Shown here: piece after piece, positions 1 through 8,691 of the stretch
Position numbering within the stretch: the stretch's first letter is position 1
Layout: every line of letters starts with the position of its first letter
Assembly (NCBI RefSeq): GCF_900199515.1
Contig: NZ_LT963434.1
Coordinates: 241,271-273,270 of the forward strand
Source: Massilicoli timonensis
GTDB lineage: Bacteria > Bacillota_I > Bacilli_A > Erysipelotrichales > Erysipelotrichaceae
Direction: 5' to 3'
Length of the DNA: 32,000 nucleotides
Program-made: the position numbers and the translations under genes
The notes under the pieces: generated by a model
The model's input: the letters and a program-made list of their open reading frames with translations, nothing else
Told to the model about the DNA's origin: nothing
Database searches by the model: none

Positions 1-989
1 CAAGCCGCACCAGCGATGTAGAGGCAAGCGTTGCCCAGATCTTAGAATTAGAAGCAATGGGGTGTGAACTGGTACGCATGGCCGTCATTGACGAAGCCGA
101 TGTCAAAGCCATTCCCCAGATCAAAAAGCAGGTGCATATTCCACTGGTTGCCGATATTCATTTTGATTATCGCATTGCGATCATGGCGGTAGAAGCCGGA
201 ATCGATAAAATTCGCTTAAATCCCGGCAATATCGGTTCTCGTGAGAATGTAGAAAAAGTGGTAGAGGCATGCCGCAGCCATCATGTGCCGATTCGAATCG
301 GCATCAATTCCGGTTCTTTGGAAAAAGATATTCATGAAAAATATGGCAAGCCGACAGCAGCCGGTATGATCGAAAGTGCTAAGCGGCATGTGCAGATCTT
401 AGAAGATCTGGGCTTTTATGACATCGTCTTATCGTTTAAGTCCTCTGATCCAAAGCTTTGCATCGAAGCATACCAAGAAGCGGCAAAACAGTTCCCTTAC
501 CCACTGCATCTGGGCGTGACCGAAGCCGGCACGATCACCTCCAGTGCGATCAAAAGCAGTTATGCCCTAGGTTATCTGCTGCATGAAGGCATTGGCGATA
601 CGATCCGGATCAGCGTAAACGGACATCCGCGCAAAGAGATCCCGATCGTAAAGCAATTATTAAAAAGCGTCGGTTTGCTTGACAATGTACCGAACTTGAT
701 CGCTTGCCCGACCTGCGGCAGGACCCAATGGGATATCAGCAGTGTCGTTGATGAAATAGAAGCTTTTTTACAGACGATCCATGCCGATATCAGCGTTGCG
801 ATCATGGGCTGTGCGGTCAATGGACCGGGAGAGGCCAAGCATGCGGACATTGCGATTGCCGGCGGCAAACAGGAAGGACTATTGATCAAGCGCGGTGTCA
901 TCGTTGAAAAACTGCCGCAGGAACAGATGGTTGCTCGCTTAAAAGAGGAGATACTGACACTGGCAAAATTGCAGGAAGCAGGATCATGA
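1..989 (+). CDS. ispG: 4-hydroxy-3-methylbut-2-enyl diphosphate synthase IspG (GcpE), 5' end cut by window edge
   Basis: Frame is open from nt 3 (SRTSDVEASVAQILELEAMGCELVRMAV...), so the ATG at 57 is internal. C-terminal Fe-S cysteine motifs CPTCGR and GCAVNGPGE are typical of bacterial IspG. Stop TGA at 987-989. Confidence 0.93.
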   Translation, partial: SRTSDVEASVAQILELEAMGCELVRMAVIDEADVKAIPQIKKQVHIPLVADIHFDYRIAIMAVEAGIDKIRLNPGNIGSRENVEKVVEACRSHHVPIRIGINSGSLEKDIHEKYGKPTAAGMIESAKRHVQILEDLGFYDIVLSFKSSDPKLCIEAYQEAAKQFPYPLHLGVTEAGTITSSAIKSSYALGYLLHEGIGDTIRISVNGHPRKEIPIVKQLLKSVGLLDNVPNLIACPTCGRTQWDISSVVDEIEAFLQTIHADISVAIMGCAVNGPGEAKHADIAIAGGKQEGLLIKRGVIVEKLPQEQMVARLKEEILTLAKLQEAGS

Positions 990-1011
990 CGCACTCCCCT
1001 CATTTACAGCT

Positions 1012-1043
1012 AAAAAGCATATCAGCTGAAGATATGCTTTTTT
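1012..1043. terminator. rho-independent terminator after ispG
   Basis: A5, then GCATATC (1017-1023), loop AGCTGAA, GATATGC (1031-1037), then T6 (1038-1043). The A/T-tract symmetry allows action in either direction. Confidence 0.7.
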
Positions 1044-1241
1044 ACTGCTCTGCCATTCAATTACCGTTAGAAAAGTCGATGTGAATTGTCACAAAATTCG
1101 CTTGCAGCCTAACTTGCTTCAAATGTTCTCTATTTTTTATATGAGGATAACCGAAATGATCCGCACCATCTGTTCTTTGCTGATTTACGCATGCCCCAGA
1201 TCATACCTATCGATCTATGCGCAGTCTCATTGATCTCCAGT

Positions 1242-1269
1242 AAAAAAAGATGGCTATTGCTTGCCATCT
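1242..1269 (-). terminator. rho-independent terminator of cshB-nfo
   Basis: Minus strand: AGATGGC (1269-1263), 8-nt loop, GCCATCT (1254-1248), then T6. The nfo stop codon (1254-1256) sits at the loop/3'-arm boundary. Confidence 0.65.
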
Positions 1270-2147
1270 TCTATGATCTTTTCCAATAACCGCGCATCAA
1301 ATGTCCCCGCTTTCAACATTTTGATTTCATGGCGGTAAGGCGGACATTTTTCAACATATGGCGTTTCTAATATTTTGACAACATCTGCCAGTCTTGGATG
1401 ATGCACGATCTGATTGAGCGTATCAAAGCCGATCTTGCCGAATCCGATATTGGCATGGCGATCTTTCCTGGCGCCTCGCTCGTTTTTAGAATCATTGATA
1501 TGAATACAAAGCAGGCGATCTAACCCAATTTCACGATCAAATGCGTCTAAGTACGCGTCAAACTGTGTAAGATCCACCCCACTGTCATGTAAATGACAGG
1601 TATCCATACAAACCCCCAGGCAGGAAGCATCCTCCACCTGTTCAAGGATCATTTTGATCTGCTGCATAGTCGCACCGATCTCACTGCCTTTGCCGGCCAT
1701 CGTTTCCAGTGCGATCTTCACATTACCGAAATCGACCATTTGCCGCACTTCATTCAAACCCTTCACGATCTGCGCGATGCCCGCTTCCTCACCGGCTCCG
1801 ACATGGGAACCCGGATGCAGCACCAATACGCTTGACCCGATCGCTTTGACCCGTTCGACCTCTTTTGCCAGAAATTCGACCGCCAGTTCAAAGGTCGCGG
1901 GATTCGTCGTATTGGCTAAATTGATGATATAAGGCGCATGGGCAATGACATTGGTAAGCGGAATTCCTTTTGCTTCCATCATCTCCCGCATTTCCGCAGC
2001 CTTCATCTTGCTGATAGCAGTGCGTTTCGTATTCTGCGGCGCCCCGGTATAGATCATAAAAGCGTTTGCTTCATAGCTTAACGCTTCTTCTAGCGCACCC
2101 TTAAAATAATCAGGTGCACTGACTGACACATGACTTCCTATTTTCAT
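1254..2147 (-). CDS. nfo: endonuclease IV (AP endonuclease, TIM-barrel Nfo family)
   Basis: 297 aa starting MKIGSHVS, with [12 protein letters not shown] and CxDTCH metal-ligand blocks typical of Nfo. Its ATG directly abuts the upstream helicase stop (…ATGTAAATG…). Confidence 0.93.
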   Translation of the reverse strand: MKIGSHVSVSAPDYFKGALEEALSYEANAFMIYTGAPQNTKRTAISKMKAAEMREMMEAKGIPLTNVIAHAPYIINLANTTNPATFELAVEFLAKEVERVKAIGSSVLVLHPGSHVGAGEEAGIAQIVKGLNEVRQMVDFGNVKIALETMAGKGSEIGATMQQIKMILEQVEDASCLGVCMDTCHLHDSGVDLTQFDAYLDAFDREIGLDRLLCIHINDSKNERGARKDRHANIGFGKIGFDTLNQIVHHPRLADVVKILETPYVEKCPPYRHEIKMLKAGTFDARLLEKIIEDGKQ

Positions 2148-3497
2148 TTACATCCCTCTTTTTTCGATCTGTTTCGCTTTTGCACGTTCTTTCTTTTGGC
2201 GCTTGATGTCTTCCTGAATCAACATACGCTTTGCTTTGCGTCTTGCTTGATCCAATTCAGCGCGTCGTTTCACTTTGTATCCCAGTTTGACTTTTTTCTT
2301 TTTTCCGGCTACTTTCTTTATCTGCGTTTCAATCAGGATTTCTTTTTCATTTGGTTTCTTGGTATTGACGCGGATCTCTTGCCAAGCATTGTTTTTAATG
2401 CCTTTCTGTATAAACTGCACACCTTTTTTCGTCAAAAGCTCTACAGCATGCTGATCTTGCTTCTGATACAGCGCATAGCAGATCCCATCACGACCGGCAC
2501 GTGCGGTTCTGCCGCTGCGGTGAATATAGAAATTCAACTCTTTCGGAAAGCCCAAAGAAACAACATGTGTGATACCCTCGATATCGATCCCGCGGGCCGC
2601 CAGATCTGTCGCAACGACATAAGATTTTTTCTGTTCACGCAGTTCCTTCATCGCCTTTACGCGCTCTCTGCTGGTAAGATCACCATGCAGTTCCACTATT
2701 CCATAGCCGTGATCACGCAACAGCTGTGCTGCCGAAGCGGCCTCTTTTCGCGTATTGGCAAAGATCAGGCAGACGTATGGCTGAAATAGCGGCAGCAGTT
2801 CCAACAGTTTTTCTTCATAAGTTTTATGCTTGCAGGGAATGAGCACATGCGTAATAGCGGGAAGGCTTTTTTCATGATCGATCTGAATCACTCGCGGATC
2901 CTTCATATACTTCCGTAAAAAGAATTGCAGCTCCTGAGGAATCGTTGCGGAGAAAGACATCATCTGTAAATGATCGCCCATCTTGCCGGCAATCGCATCG
3001 ACATCTTCCAAAAAGCCGAATTCCAGCGTCATATCAGCTTCATCCACGACAAGGATCCGGGTCTTCTCTAAACGCAGCACTGCTTCCTTTACAAACAGAT
3101 CTTTGATGCGTCCCGGTGTTCCGATCACAAGATGAGGCTGCTGCTTTAACTGTTCCATCATTCTGCTTTTTTCGACACCGCCGGTAATCAGTTTTACCCG
3201 CAGTCCTTCCATGCACGCTTCCATATCCTGTGCATTGCGATAAAGCTGTAAAGCGAGCTCACGGGTCGGCGCGGTGATTACGACCTGGACAAAATCCTTT
3301 GTTGGATCGATCTGTTCCATGATCGGAATCAAAAAAGCATGGGTCTTCCCTGAACCCGTCGCCGATACCCCGATGATGTCTTTTCCTTTGCATGCGTAAG
3401 GAATGACCGCCTGCTGGATCATGGTCGGTTCTGTAAAGCGCTGGTATGCGATAAAACGGCGTGTCGCCTCTTTTAATTGATAGTCTTGATAACTCAT
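2148..3497 (-). CDS. cshB: DEAD-box ATP-dependent RNA helicase with Lys/Arg-rich C-terminal tail
   Basis: Motifs seen: Q (TMIQ), I (SATGSGKTHAF), Ia (PTRELA), Ib (TPGR), II (DEAD), III (SAT), V (ARGID), VI (HRSGRTARAG). Position upstream of nfo matches B. subtilis yqfR(cshB)-yqfS(nfo). Confidence 0.9.
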   Translation of the reverse strand: MSYQDYQLKEATRRFIAYQRFTEPTMIQQAVIPYACKGKDIIGVSATGSGKTHAFLIPIMEQIDPTKDFVQVVITAPTRELALQLYRNAQDMEACMEGLRVKLITGGVEKSRMMEQLKQQPHLVIGTPGRIKDLFVKEAVLRLEKTRILVVDEADMTLEFGFLEDVDAIAGKMGDHLQMMSFSATIPQELQFFLRKYMKDPRVIQIDHEKSLPAITHVLIPCKHKTYEEKLLELLPLFQPYVCLIFANTRKEAASAAQLLRDHGYGIVELHGDLTSRERVKAMKELREQKKSYVVATDLAARGIDIEGITHVVSLGFPKELNFYIHRSGRTARAGRDGICYALYQKQDQHAVELLTKKGVQFIQKGIKNNAWQEIRVNTKKPNEKEILIETQIKKVAGKKKKVKLGYKVKRRAELDQARRKAKRMLIQEDIKRQKKERAKAKQIEKRGM

Positions 3498-3538
3498 TGC
3501 CTCTACCTCATTTCTCTGAATCCTGAAAAATCGTTATT

Positions 3539-3567
3539 ATTATAGCGGTTTTTTCACTTTCTCACAA
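3539..3567 (-). promoter_or_regulatory. sigma-A type promoter for cshB-nfo
   Basis: Minus strand: TTGTGA (3567-3562), 17 nt, TATAAT (3544-3539). Confidence 0.45.
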
Positions 3568-3596
3568 GTAAAAATACTTTTATCGGCGTTTTCCGG

Positions 3597-3625
3597 TTTT
3601 CATTTTTTCCTCTTTCCATTATAAT
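3597..3625 (+). promoter_or_regulatory. sigma-A type promoter for ispH
   Basis: TTTTCA (3597-3602), 17 nt, TATAAT (3620-3625), 33 nt upstream of the ispH ATG. Confidence 0.4.
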
Positions 3626-3658
3626 GAATGCGATGACAAACAAAGACAGGTGATGAAG

Positions 3659-4561
3659 ATGGAACTGATCAAAGTAACGCCCCGCGGCTATTGCAAAGGT
3701 GTGGTACGCGCGATATCGATGGCGAAGCAGGCACGACTAGACTATCCCAATGAAAATATCTATGTACTCGGCATGCTGGTGCACAATCATCATGTCGTAG
3801 AAGCGCTGAAACGCATTGGCATCATTCCTTTAGATGAACCGCACAAGACAAGGGCTCAGTTGTTAGAGCGGATCGATCACGGAGTCGTGATCTTTACCGC
3901 GCACGGCGTTTCTCCGCAAGTCATAAATACCGCCAAAGCAAAGGGACTGATTTGTCTGGACGCCACCTGTCCCGATGTATTAAAGACCCAGGCAGCCGTT
4001 ATAGAACATTTAGAGAAAGGCTATGAAGTCCTGTATATCGGAAAGCTGGGACATCCGGAAGCAGAAGCAATCTGTTCGCTCAGTCCTGCCGTTCACCTAA
4101 TCGAAAATGAAGCGGATCTGAAAGCATTGTCGATAGAAAAACCGCTTTTCGTCACCAATCAGACAACGATGTCTGTCTTTGATATCGAATCGCTGTTTCA
4201 GACGATCAAGGCATATTTCCCCACTGCTCTTTTCTGTGAAGAAATCTGCAATGCAACGCGCATTCGACAGGAAGCCATTGCCCGATTAAAGGATATTGAT
4301 GTTTTATATGTGGTCGGAGATCGCTTTTCCAACAATTCCAATCGGTTGGCACAAATCGCTAAAGAACATGGAATCCCTCACGTATATCTGATCGACGATG
4401 TATTTGCGATTCACAGCGCCCAGCTAAAAGAAGCAAAACGCGTAGCTGTAACAAGCGGTGCATCGACGCCGACCTATGTAACCAATCAGGTCATTGATTA
4501 TTTAGAACATTATGAAGAAAATAAAAAGTATCCTGTTTTTGATCTAGATCTGCTTTTATAA
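3659..4561 (+). CDS. ispH: 4-hydroxy-3-methylbut-2-enyl diphosphate reductase IspH (LytB)
   Basis: MELIKVTPRGYCKGV... is a typical IspH N-terminus with the first cluster Cys. Further Cys residues at CPDV and CNAT. SD AGGTGA (3648-3653) favours the ATG at 3659 over the listed GTG at 3650. Confidence 0.92.
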   Translation: MELIKVTPRGYCKGVVRAISMAKQARLDYPNENIYVLGMLVHNHHVVEALKRIGIIPLDEPHKTRAQLLERIDHGVVIFTAHGVSPQVINTAKAKGLICLDATCPDVLKTQAAVIEHLEKGYEVLYIGKLGHPEAEAICSLSPAVHLIENEADLKALSIEKPLFVTNQTTMSVFDIESLFQTIKAYFPTALFCEEICNATRIRQEAIARLKDIDVLYVVGDRFSNNSNRLAQIAKEHGIPHVYLIDDVFAIHSAQLKEAKRVAVTSGASTPTYVTNQVIDYLEHYEENKKYPVFDLDLLL

Positions 4562-4565
4562 GAAG

Positions 4566-5225
4566 TCATTTGACTTCTTTTTCTTTGTTTTGTGCTAGAA
4601 GTGTATAAAGCAGCTTTGCCAGACCTTTTGGATCTTCCAGCATCGGCAAATGGCAAGTATTCGCTAAAAAATGCAGCTCCAGATGTCGCAAAGCAGCTTC
4701 TCCCAAATGCAGATCATCGATCAAAGTGGGAGAATGGGGATTGCCGCGATCACCGTAAATGACCGTGATTTTCTGCTGAAGCTTGTAAAGATAGGGGCGA
4801 TAATCAAAATCCTCCTGCAGACGTGATCGCAGGGCGGGATGATAGAAAGGCTTTTCTTTATCAAACATTTCTTCCAAAAAATGTCGATAGCGTTCTAAAT
4901 GTACCGGCATCATCAGATTACGATAAAATGCGTTTGCCGGTACAAAATTGGTATCCAGACAGATGATCTTCGGTATCGGCATCGAATAAACGGCAGCCAA
5001 CTGCACAGCGATGATACCGCCCATGCTATGAGCGATGATGGCATCAAATGTTTCATGACGATAGCGATGATACACCCATGCGCTCAAATCTTCAATTTTC
5101 TGTGCAGTTTTGCTGACCGCATGCGGGATCGCTGCGATGACCACTTCTTCCTTTTGCATATAAGAAAGAAGTGATGTATAAATATCTTTATTGCAGTTGA
5201 TCCCATAAAGAAAAAGCAGTTTCAT
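4566..5225 (-). CDS. alpha/beta-fold hydrolase (esterase/lipase-like), function unknown
   Basis: Nucleophile elbow AHSMGG and C-terminal CHLPMLEDP His block. The real start is the ATG at 5225 (MKLLFLYG) behind SD AGAGGGTG. The listed ORF to 5423 is an unsupported N-terminal extension that overlaps ansA. Confidence 0.75.
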   Translation of the reverse strand: MKLLFLYGINCNKDIYTSLLSYMQKEEVVIAAIPHAVSKTAQKIEDLSAWVYHRYRHETFDAIIAHSMGGIIAVQLAAVYSMPIPKIICLDTNFVPANAFYRNLMMPVHLERYRHFLEEMFDKEKPFYHPALRSRLQEDFDYRPYLYKLQQKITVIYGDRGNPHSPTLIDDLHLGEAALRHLELHFLANTCHLPMLEDPKGLAKLLYTLLAQNKEKEVK

Positions 5226-5336
5226 ATGATTCACCCTCTTTTCATCTGCTATCATCATACTATAATCGTCATTGTTTGTCTTGCTTTCTTTGAAAATGTT
5301 TTTTACAATAGGATCGATAAGAAATGAGGGAGTCAA

Positions 5337-6317
5337 TTGAAAAAGATCAAGATATTTGCGACCGGTGGTACGATTGCCGGAAGCGGTGCTGCCGGGAAAA
5401 GCGCCGCATATGAAGCTGGACATGTCGATATTGAGAAGCTGCTGCAGGACTTGCCTGACTTAGGAGAGATTGCACAGGTAAGCATGGAACAGATCTGTAA
5501 CAAAGACAGCAACGATCTGACGCTTTCCGACTGGCTGCTTTTGGCTAAAAAGCTCAATCAGGCAGCATTAGAAAGCGACTTAGATGGTTTTGTCATCACC
5601 CATGGCACCGATACATTAGAAGAAACCGCTTATTTCCTAAATCTGGTGTTCAAGAGTGAAAAGCCGCTTGTTTTGACCGGCGCCATGCGTCCAGCCACGG
5701 CAACCAGCGCCGATGGACCGATGAATTTATATCAGGCAATCGCTTTGGCGGCACATCCTGACAGTGTAGGACAAGGCGTTATCGCCTTATTCTCCGACAA
5801 TATTTTTTCCAGCCGGGATATTCGCAAGACGAGCAATTTCAAAATAGACGCTTTTCAGCATAATGATTTTGCCTGCATCGGCTATATGCGAGATGAGATC
5901 CCTTATTTTTATACACGCTCATTCAAAAAGCATACCGTCGCAACACCGTTTGATATAAGCGCGCTTACTGCACTTCCGAAGGTAGAGATCGTTTCTTATT
6001 ATGTCGGAGCTGATCCTGCGGTTTTGGATCATTATCTTTATCGGGAAAAAGTCGATGGCATCGTAATCGCTGGAAGCGGCAGCGGCAATTATGCAAAAGC
6101 GTGGAAAACCAAATTAGAAGCATTGGCCGCCGTTAATATTCCGATCGTTCGAGCCTCCAGAGTGAGCGGCATCGTGCTTCCCGCCGTGACCATGGATGTT
6201 GCCACGACGATCTGCGCCAATACCCTGACGCCGCAGAAAGCACGCATCCTGCTCATGCTCGCTTTGACAAAAACACATCAGATCGATGCCATCAAAGCGA
6301 TGTTTCAAGAATGCTGA
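5337..6317 (+). CDS. ansA: L-asparaginase (type I-like size, 326 aa)
   Basis: N-terminal FATGGTIAG catalytic Thr motif and the HGTDTLEETA motif. TTG start at 5337 behind SD GAGGGAG. Stop TGA at 6315-6317. Confidence 0.88.
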   Translation: MKKIKIFATGGTIAGSGAAGKSAAYEAGHVDIEKLLQDLPDLGEIAQVSMEQICNKDSNDLTLSDWLLLAKKLNQAALESDLDGFVITHGTDTLEETAYFLNLVFKSEKPLVLTGAMRPATATSADGPMNLYQAIALAAHPDSVGQGVIALFSDNIFSSRDIRKTSNFKIDAFQHNDFACIGYMRDEIPYFYTRSFKKHTVATPFDISALTALPKVEIVSYYVGADPAVLDHYLYREKVDGIVIAGSGSGNYAKAWKTKLEALAAVNIPIVRASRVSGIVLPAVTMDVATTICANTLTPQKARILLMLALTKTHQIDAIKAMFQEC

Positions 6318-6324
6318 TTTTCAA
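6317..6324. repeat. 8-bp target-site duplication, left copy (ATTTTCAA)
   Basis: Identical octamer at 7965-7972 directly outside the right IR. The first base is the last base of the ansA stop codon. Confidence 0.85.
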
Positions 6325-6347
6325 GGCTCTATAACTTTTTCTGGGGT
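6325..6347. repeat. ISL3 left terminal inverted repeat
   Basis: GGCTCTATAACTTTTTCTGGGGT is the exact reverse complement of 7942-7964. Confidence 0.92.
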
Positions 6348-6526
6348 CAGAGCCCCACCTATAACAGTAAAATGGGGTGCGATTCATTCATAGTTTAACT
6401 TCAATCAAATCATGTAAAAAAGCCATCAATTCTAATAACGAATGATGACTTTTTTTGTACCCTTACCTCTTTCTGTGTTATGTTATTTTTGCGAAAAAAC
6501 AATTCTTTGAAAGTGAGGTATCGTAC

Positions 6527-7810
6527 ATGAAAAATCTTATCACAAAATTTTTAAATTTGGAACCTGATGATATTCAGAATATTGATGTATTCTCTCAAGA
6601 CAATCAAGTCTTTGCTCGTATTACGCTTACTAAAAAATTCTACACTTGTCCGAAATGTGGTATCCCTACGAAGCGAATTCATGATTATAACCAACGCACA
6701 ATCTCCCATGCAATCCTTGATGGTATTGATACCACTATTGTTTATAACCAAAGACGTTATTTTTGTCCTTCTTGTAAGAAGTCCTTTATAGAAGATTCTC
6801 CTTTTGTTCATATTGGTAAACGAATTTCTAAATATACTGTTCTTCGTATTATGAAAGAACTGAAAAATCCTAGGATGACCTTTTCTATGGTTGCCTCTAA
6901 CTGCCATGTTTCTGTTTCATCTGTTATGAGAGTATTTGATGAATATGTAGGTATTCCTACTCGTCCTCTCCCTACTATCCTTTGTATTGATGAAGTCTAT
7001 ACTGTCAAATATACTCAGAAAGTATATGCTTGTGTTTTGGTCGATTTTCAATCAAATGAAATATATGACCTTCTTCCTAGTAGAAAAAAACATGACTTAG
7101 CCAATCATTTTACTAAAATTGATAAGAAATATCGTGATCAAGTTCTTTACGTTTCTATCGATATGTGGGAACCTTATCGTGATATTGCTCGTCTTTATTT
7201 TAAAAATGCGAAAGTTTGTGTTGATAACTTCCATGTTGTCAAACTAATCAATTATGCTTTTACTAAAGTTCGTATTCAAGTTATGCGTCAATACGATGTT
7301 GATAGTGATGAATATTATCTTCTTAAAAAATTCTCTTGGCTTTTAAACATGAAATATGATGACATTGATCTTCATCGTCGAATTCATATTCATAAAAACA
7401 TTTCTTACTTTTTTAGTAAAGATGTTCTTGCTATTGATATTCTAAATTTTTTATTGAATTGTGATTGTGAATTAGAGATTGCCTATGCTTTAAAAGAAGC
7501 ATATAACGATATCAATAAACGTTGTAATTCTGAAACGATTGAAGTTGCTTTAAATCGTTTCATCGAAGACATGATCATCTTTAATATTGAAGAATTTAAC
7601 TCTGTTGTTTCTACTTTCAAAAATTGGAAACAGGAAATCATCAATAGTTTTGATATAATCGATCATCGTCGTATATCGAATGGTCCTATAGAATCAGTCA
7701 ATTCAAGAATTAAACTAATCAAACGAAATGCAAATGGATATCGTAATTTCATAAGATTTAGAAAGCGTGTTTTATATTCTTTAAACAAAAATTCTTTTAT
7801 TAACTTTTAG
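6527..7810 (+). CDS. ISL3-family DDE transposase
   Basis: MKNLITKFLNLE... behind SD AGTGAGGT. N-terminal zinc-finger pairs (CPKCG…CPSCKK) and the ISL3 DDE core (CIDEV…SIDMW…NGPIESVNSRIK). The listed start at 6455 lacks an SD. Confidence 0.92.
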   Translation: MKNLITKFLNLEPDDIQNIDVFSQDNQVFARITLTKKFYTCPKCGIPTKRIHDYNQRTISHAILDGIDTTIVYNQRRYFCPSCKKSFIEDSPFVHIGKRISKYTVLRIMKELKNPRMTFSMVASNCHVSVSSVMRVFDEYVGIPTRPLPTILCIDEVYTVKYTQKVYACVLVDFQSNEIYDLLPSRKKHDLANHFTKIDKKYRDQVLYVSIDMWEPYRDIARLYFKNAKVCVDNFHVVKLINYAFTKVRIQVMRQYDVDSDEYYLLKKFSWLLNMKYDDIDLHRRIHIHKNISYFFSKDVLAIDILNFLLNCDCELEIAYALKEAYNDINKRCNSETIEVALNRFIEDMIIFNIEEFNSVVSTFKNWKQEIINSFDIIDHRRISNGPIESVNSRIKLIKRNANGYRNFIRFRKRVLYSLNKNSFINF

Positions 7811-7846
7811 TATTTTTTAGATTTTTCTCTTTGTTTTTTCGCATAT

Positions 7847-7900
7847 AAAAATCAGGTTTCTCATGCCTGTTTATTCTGCATGATTTACCTGATTTTTTTT
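7847..7900 (+). terminator. terminator inside the ISL3 element, after the transposase gene
   Basis: AAAATCAGGT (7847-7857) pairs with ACCTGATTTT (7887-7896). Inner CATGC/GCATG pairing. T8 run to 7900. Confidence 0.55.
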
Positions 7901-7941
7901 ACTTTAGACCCCACTCTATGGTAGACCCCATTTTAGATCTA

Positions 7942-7964
7942 ACCCCAGAAAAAGTTATAGAGCC
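7942..7964. repeat. ISL3 right terminal inverted repeat
   Basis: ACCCCAGAAAAAGTTATAGAGCC is the exact reverse complement of 6325-6347. Confidence 0.92.
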
Positions 7965-7972
7965 ATTTTCAA
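7965..7972. repeat. 8-bp target-site duplication, right copy (ATTTTCAA)
   Basis: Identical to 6317-6324. Confidence 0.85.
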
Positions 7973-7976
7973 TAAA

Positions 7977-8015
7977 AGAGGAGAAAACAAGCATGTCCTG
8001 CTCGTATTCTCCTCT
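7977..8015. terminator. bidirectional hairpin terminator shared by ansA (+) and the dnaG-sigA-trmK transcript (-)
   Basis: AGAGGAGAA (7977-7985) pairs with TTCTCCTCT (8007-8015), 21-nt loop. T-rich tracts follow on both strands. It starts directly after the trmK stop (8016-8018). Confidence 0.6.
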
Positions 8016-8690
8016 TTATAGTTTGTTCGCTTCTGCTATTTTACGCAAGATTTGATCACGTTTCTGTTGAAACAGCGTATATTTTTCATGCTTCGGCGAC
8101 AACTGTTCCAAAATTTCATCTATTTTTTTCATTTGATGCCTTAAAAAAGCAGGATAAAGCGGATCTTCTCGCAGCAGCACGCCGTATTCACATGCATCCT
8201 CACTTAGCTTTTTTGCATTTTCATCAAAGCGAAAACAGATGATCTGATAATAAAAGCCTTCCCAGACCAGTTTTTCCTCAATAATCGTAAAAGGGCGATC
8301 ACTGATCCACTCTCTTAACTGCTTAACATCGTGATTAGACTGTACGATGATCTTTTTATAATGCCGCAGCTTCTCATAACTGTCTTCTAAAATGGTCTGA
8401 ATCGTATCAAAGCCCATTCCAGCTATAATAATTTCCTCAGTATCCTCACCGATCCCCGCTAATCCATTACAGCGGATTGCTTCTACCTTTTCCCCTACTC
8501 CATAACGAGCGATCGTCTTACGTGCATTTTCTAACGGCCCTTCGTTTACATCGCAGGCATACGCTTTCTTGATCATCTTCGCCTTAGCCAATGCACAGGG
8601 AATATAAGCATGATCGGAACCGATATCTGCTAATATGACATCTTCATCGACACATGATGCAATGGCCTGCAATCGTTTTGAAAGCATCAT
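8016..8690 (-). CDS. trmK: tRNA (adenine22-N1)-methyltransferase TrmK (YqfN family)
   Basis: MLSKRLQAIASCV…ADIGSDHAYIPCAL is the characteristic TrmK N-terminus. Tandem ATGs at 8690/8687 lie 1 nt after the sigA stop (8692-8694). Position downstream of sigA matches B. subtilis. Confidence 0.88.
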   Translation of the reverse strand: MMLSKRLQAIASCVDEDVILADIGSDHAYIPCALAKAKMIKKAYACDVNEGPLENARKTIARYGVGEKVEAIRCNGLAGIGEDTEEIIIAGMGFDTIQTILEDSYEKLRHYKKIIVQSNHDVKQLREWISDRPFTIIEEKLVWEGFYYQIICFRFDENAKKLSEDACEYGVLLREDPLYPAFLRHQMKKIDEILEQLSPKHEKYTLFQQKRDQILRKIAEANKL

Positions 8691-8691
8691 A

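Larger units (their letters stand above)
6325..7964 (+). mobile_element. complete ISL3-family insertion sequence (1640 bp)
   Basis: Perfect 23-bp terminal IRs, 8-bp TSD, and a single transposase ORF. Subterminal GGGGT/ACCCC repeats at both ends. Visibly more AT-rich than the flanking genes. Confidence 0.92.

Noticed and set aside
286-303. Perfect 18-bp palindrome TGCCGATTCGAATCGGCA, containing a TTCGAA core reminiscent of a tRNA T-arm
   Set aside because: It lies inside the conserved ispG reading frame (…VPIRIG…) with no surrounding tRNA-like structure. Most likely coincidental.
1156-1233. 25-aa hydrophobic ORF (MIRTICSLLIYACPRSYLSIYAQSH) with a GAGGA 8 nt upstream, between the ispG and nfo terminators (type I toxin-like idea)
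   Set aside because: There is only a weak promoter-like sequence, no dedicated terminator on its strand, no antisense partner visible, and the peptide is too short to evaluate. Kept out of the features.
2130-2789. Long antisense 'shadow' ORFs listed in the track (e.g. 2130-2789+, 9344-9796+, 10222-10536+, 12314-12634+, 17341-17718+, 25559-26065+, 572-1003-)
   Set aside because: They lie entirely opposite well-supported conserved genes, have low-complexity or odd composition and no SD. Typical non-coding frames.
5226-5423. N-terminal extensions of listed ORFs: hydrolase to 5423, era to 15275, sigA to 9912, sufU to 24762, ISL3 transposase from 6455, IS1634 transposase from 29737
   Set aside because: Each extension overlaps the neighbouring gene or lacks an SD, while an internal ATG with a good SD reproduces the family-typical N-terminus.
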